A stretch of DNA of 64,000 nt from an uncultured Phycisphaerales bacterium (lineage in GTDB: Bacteria; Planctomycetota; Phycisphaerae; Tepidisphaerales; Tepidisphaeraceae). The notes under the pieces were generated by a model. It did not search any database and had not been told where the DNA came from. It saw only the letters and a list, made by a program, of their open reading frames with translations. A program made the position numbers and the translations under genes. Positions 61,069 to 64,000 of this stretch are shown one piece after another (positions within the stretch are counted from its first letter, which is position 1; every line of letters starts with the position of its first letter). The DNA lies in the NCBI GenBank assembly GCA_963758525.1, contig CAVWVQ010000003.1, forward strand, positions 480,001 to 544,000. The letters run 5' to 3'.

Positions 61069-61332
61069 GTGGCAAAGAAGAATCGCAATAAGCCGCTCAC
61101 TTCGCGCACGCTCGACGGGGAGGCTTACCGCAAGGGGGCGCTGGAGCGGCTCGACGACGCGGGTCACCTTTTGCGTCATGAACGCCTCGGGGATGCAGTC
61201 TACCTTGCCGGACGCGCTGTCGAGGGAATGCTCCGAGCGGTGATCTGGTACCACGATGATCTTTGTCTGTGTCGTAGAGGAATCTCAAAAGACCACGACT
61301 CCGTTCGAGCTTCGGCTGTGAATGGCGTATAA
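61069..61332 (+). pseudogene. Truncated HEPN-domain protein
   Basis: ALERLDDAGHLL...AVYLAGRAVEGMLRAVI matches the N-terminal half of HEPN; the C-terminal half is not recognisable. Confidence 0.55.
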
Positions 61333-61360
61333 TTCGCCCTCCGACAGGGAGTCGTCACCA

Positions 61361-64000
61361 ATGCCGCGGGCTGCTTTGCGCATCTTGCTTTTCACGGGCG
61401 TCACCACCGCGATGGGATGCGCGTCACATGGGACACAGCCGGCCGTAACGCAGGCAGCCCCGATTGTGATCGTACCGGGTCCCACCCCGCGCCCGTCGAA
61501 CATTCGCGCCGAGATCCCTCTCGATCAGGTTCCGCCGCGCCCGAGCCTGGCTTCGCCTGCGTCACCGAGCACGTCGAATCCGCCGCCCATCGAGGCGGTT
61601 CGGGACTTCGCGCAGGCGCGCATCGCGATGCTCGACAACGAGCGGTACACCGCGATCAATCTCCTCGAAAGGGCAGTCGCGCTCGATCCGGACAGCTTCG
61701 AGCTCAATGAAACCCTCGGCACGCTCTATCAAGGGAATGCCACGTCTGACGAGAGATCGATCGATGCGTTCGAGCGTGCCGCCGCGATCGATCCGGATCA
61801 TCTGGAACTGCAGATCAATCTGGGGCGACAATATCTGGCCAGCGGAAAGACATCGCTGGGCACCCGGCATCTTCTGCTGGCGCTGCAAACCACTGATTAT
61901 GAGCGCGACGAGCCATCGGCAGCCGAGTTGGAGCTTTTCCTCTCAAACGCCCTTTCTCAGCAAGGCTATGCTCGCGCTGCGGTCACGCTGCTGGAGCGAT
62001 TATCGGTGCGGCTGAGCAGCCCGAGCATGGGAATGCGAGCCCGCCCGGCGATGCTGCTCCTGCTCGAACATCCCGAGGGGATCACGCTCCAGATCGGAAT
62101 TCTCCAGCAAAAACGCGGTCGATATGCCGAGGCGCTGGCGGCGTACCAGGAAGTGCTGCAACGCGATCCTGGGAATGTGGAAGCGCAAGGGCGTGCCATC
62201 GAAACCCTGGCGGCCCTGGGCCGGCATGACGACGCGGCCGAACGCGCCGCCGATCTGGTCGTGAAATCGCAGGCGCGCGAGCCCTCTCTATCGCTGCTCC
62301 GCGACTCGCTTCGCAACGCCGGCGGCGATCTGGCGGTCTGCGATCTGCTGGGCCGCCTGTATCAACAACATCCGAAGATCCGCCAGCTCCTGTTCGCACG
62401 GCTCGACCTGCTGCATGCGATGGGAAAGTCCGATGACGCCGCGCGGGCGCTGGCCGACGCGACGGCAGCACATCCAGACGATCTGGAGCTCTCGGCGCAT
62501 CAGTTCCACGCGCTGGCCGACCGCGGCGATCGCGCCGGCGCCGCCCGCCTGCTGATCGGCGATACCGCCCGCCATCCTGAGTGGACTGCAGAAGCGGTTC
62601 AACTTTTTGAGGAACTGCTGCAGCCTACCTCCACCGGCCGGCTGAAGCTCGAAGATCTTCGCGGGTTGAAGCTGGATCGATCGGAAGAACCGGCCCGGCT
62701 CTATTGGATCGCGCGCTGGGCGACCAACTGGCATCGCGACGGCATCGCCCGCCAGTCGATCGAGCAGGCAGTCGCCGCGGCCCCCGTTTTTGCTCCCGCG
62801 TACCGGGATCAATTGGAATTCATTTTCTCCCAGCTTCAGGGTGCGCCAACCACCAATCCTTCCGCTGATGCACTGGCCCGGCGGGCGGCGGAGAGCAACC
62901 GATCTCTCGGAGCCGAGTTGGGGGGACTGATTCTGCTGCGGCTGAATCAACCTGCCGAGGCGTTGCAGCAACTTGCCGCCGCCGCGAAGGGCAACCCCAA
63001 CGACGCGCAGCTCGCGCTCGAGTACGCCGAGACAAACAGCGCCAACGGCGACGATCCCGGTTTCGAATCGGCGATGTGGAAGCTGCTCAGCGACCATCCG
63101 ACGTATGACGATGGATATCTCACGCTCTACACCTATTACGTCGCGCGCGGGTCGGAGGCGATGGACGACCGGGTCCTTTCGACCTGGCTCGCGGCGGAGC
63201 CGGACAGCGTCGGCGCGCTGCGGCTGCAGGCGCGCGACTACTTCCGCGCCAATCGTTCTGACGCCGCCGAGGCGATTCTGCTGCGGCTTTTGAACACCCG
63301 CGGAGATGATCCGCAAGTTGTGAGCGGTGTATCGGCATTCTATGCCCAGACTGGCAAACCGGAGGGGCTGCCGAAGACGCTCGAAGATCGGCTGGCGCGC
63401 GATCCTGGAAATTTCGCAGCCGTCTCGGCGCTGGCGCAGCTGTACGTGGATGCGCACAGACACTCCGATGCATCGCGTGTGCTCGACTCCTCTCGCAAAT
63501 ACGAGGCGCATGATCCGGACGTGCTTTACATTCTTTCTGGGCAGTACATCGAGAACGATCAGAAGGATGTCGCCGAGGAGGTGCTGCGCCAGGTGCTGGC
63601 AGTCGATCCGACGCACGCCGGAGCCGCGAACGATCTGGGATATTTCCTGACCGAGGAGGGGCGACAACTGCCCGAGGCCGAGGCGTTGATCCGCCGGGCG
63701 GTGGAGGCCGAGCCGTTCAATGCGTCCTTTCTCGACAGCATGGGGTGGGTCCTGTACAAACTGGGCCGATTTGCCGAAGCGCAGAAATATCTTGAGCACG
63801 CCGCCGGCGCGGAAGCCGACCCGGTTGTGTTGAATCATCTGGGTGACGATCAGTATCGTCTGGGCGACAAAGACGCCGCGTCGAAGAGCTGGAAGCAGGC
63901 GGGGGAGCGCCTGCTGGCGGCGGGCGACGGCCGCGAAGATTTGAAGGGTCTGCAGCAGCAGCTTCTGCAGAAGCAGCAGCAGTTGGACTCGGGCCGGCCG
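61361..64000 (+). CDS. Large TPR lipoprotein (runs off window)
   Basis: MPRAALRILLFTGVTTAMG-C lipobox; many TPRs, e.g. ANDLGYFL...FLDSMGWVLYKLG...NHLGD. Confidence 0.88.
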   Translation, partial: MPRAALRILLFTGVTTAMGCASHGTQPAVTQAAPIVIVPGPTPRPSNIRAEIPLDQVPPRPSLASPASPSTSNPPPIEAVRDFAQARIAMLDNERYTAINLLERAVALDPDSFELNETLGTLYQGNATSDERSIDAFERAAAIDPDHLELQINLGRQYLASGKTSLGTRHLLLALQTTDYERDEPSAAELELFLSNALSQQGYARAAVTLLERLSVRLSSPSMGMRARPAMLLLLEHPEGITLQIGILQQKRGRYAEALAAYQEVLQRDPGNVEAQGRAIETLAALGRHDDAAERAADLVVKSQAREPSLSLLRDSLRNAGGDLAVCDLLGRLYQQHPKIRQLLFARLDLLHAMGKSDDAARALADATAAHPDDLELSAHQFHALADRGDRAGAARLLIGDTARHPEWTAEAVQLFEELLQPTSTGRLKLEDLRGLKLDRSEEPARLYWIARWATNWHRDGIARQSIEQAVAAAPVFAPAYRDQLEFIFSQLQGAPTTNPSADALARRAAESNRSLGAELGGLILLRLNQPAEALQQLAAAAKGNPNDAQLALEYAETNSANGDDPGFESAMWKLLSDHPTYDDGYLTLYTYYVARGSEAMDDRVLSTWLAAEPDSVGALRLQARDYFRANRSDAAEAILLRLLNTRGDDPQVVSGVSAFYAQTGKPEGLPKTLEDRLARDPGNFAAVSALAQLYVDAHRHSDASRVLDSSRKYEAHDPDVLYILSGQYIENDQKDVAEEVLRQVLAVDPTHAGAANDLGYFLTEEGRQLPEAEALIRRAVEAEPFNASFLDSMGWVLYKLGRFAEAQKYLEHAAGAEADPVVLNHLGDDQYRLGDKDAASKSWKQAGERLLAAGDGREDLKGLQQQLLQKQQQLDSGRP

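Overview
GC-rich bacterial chromosome segment, most likely Planctomycetota. The evidence is a LESREMLS export motif, a PVC-type dehydrogenase and a FIST protein; the narrower call Phycisphaerae/Tepidisphaerales is an inference. It carries housekeeping genes (lipB, trmB, rimO, pabB, mscL, nusA-infB-DUF503-rbfA, hisG, tRNA-His-hisS), three ABC transporter loci, secreted enzymes, one intact IS630, toxin-antitoxin remnants and a dense set of REP/REPIN-like palindromes and 7-8-nt tandem arrays. Main findings: (1) a tRNA-His gene with no encoded G-1, a G1.U72 pair and A73, 18 nt upstream of an alphaproteobacterial-type HisRS, a candidate matched and possibly orthogonal tRNA/synthetase cassette; (2) a palindrome-bounded cassette zone between hisG and tRNA-His holding a Phd/ParE pair and a probable ParD-RHH::TopoVI-A TOPRIM fusion; (3) a Schlafen(AlbA_2)-ATPase plus ParA two-gene insert, a candidate defence module; (4) about 13 apparent frameshifts, nearly all on GCGC, probably long-read errors that may reveal a host GCGC methylation motif. 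Family calls come from motif recognition by eye; no searches were run.
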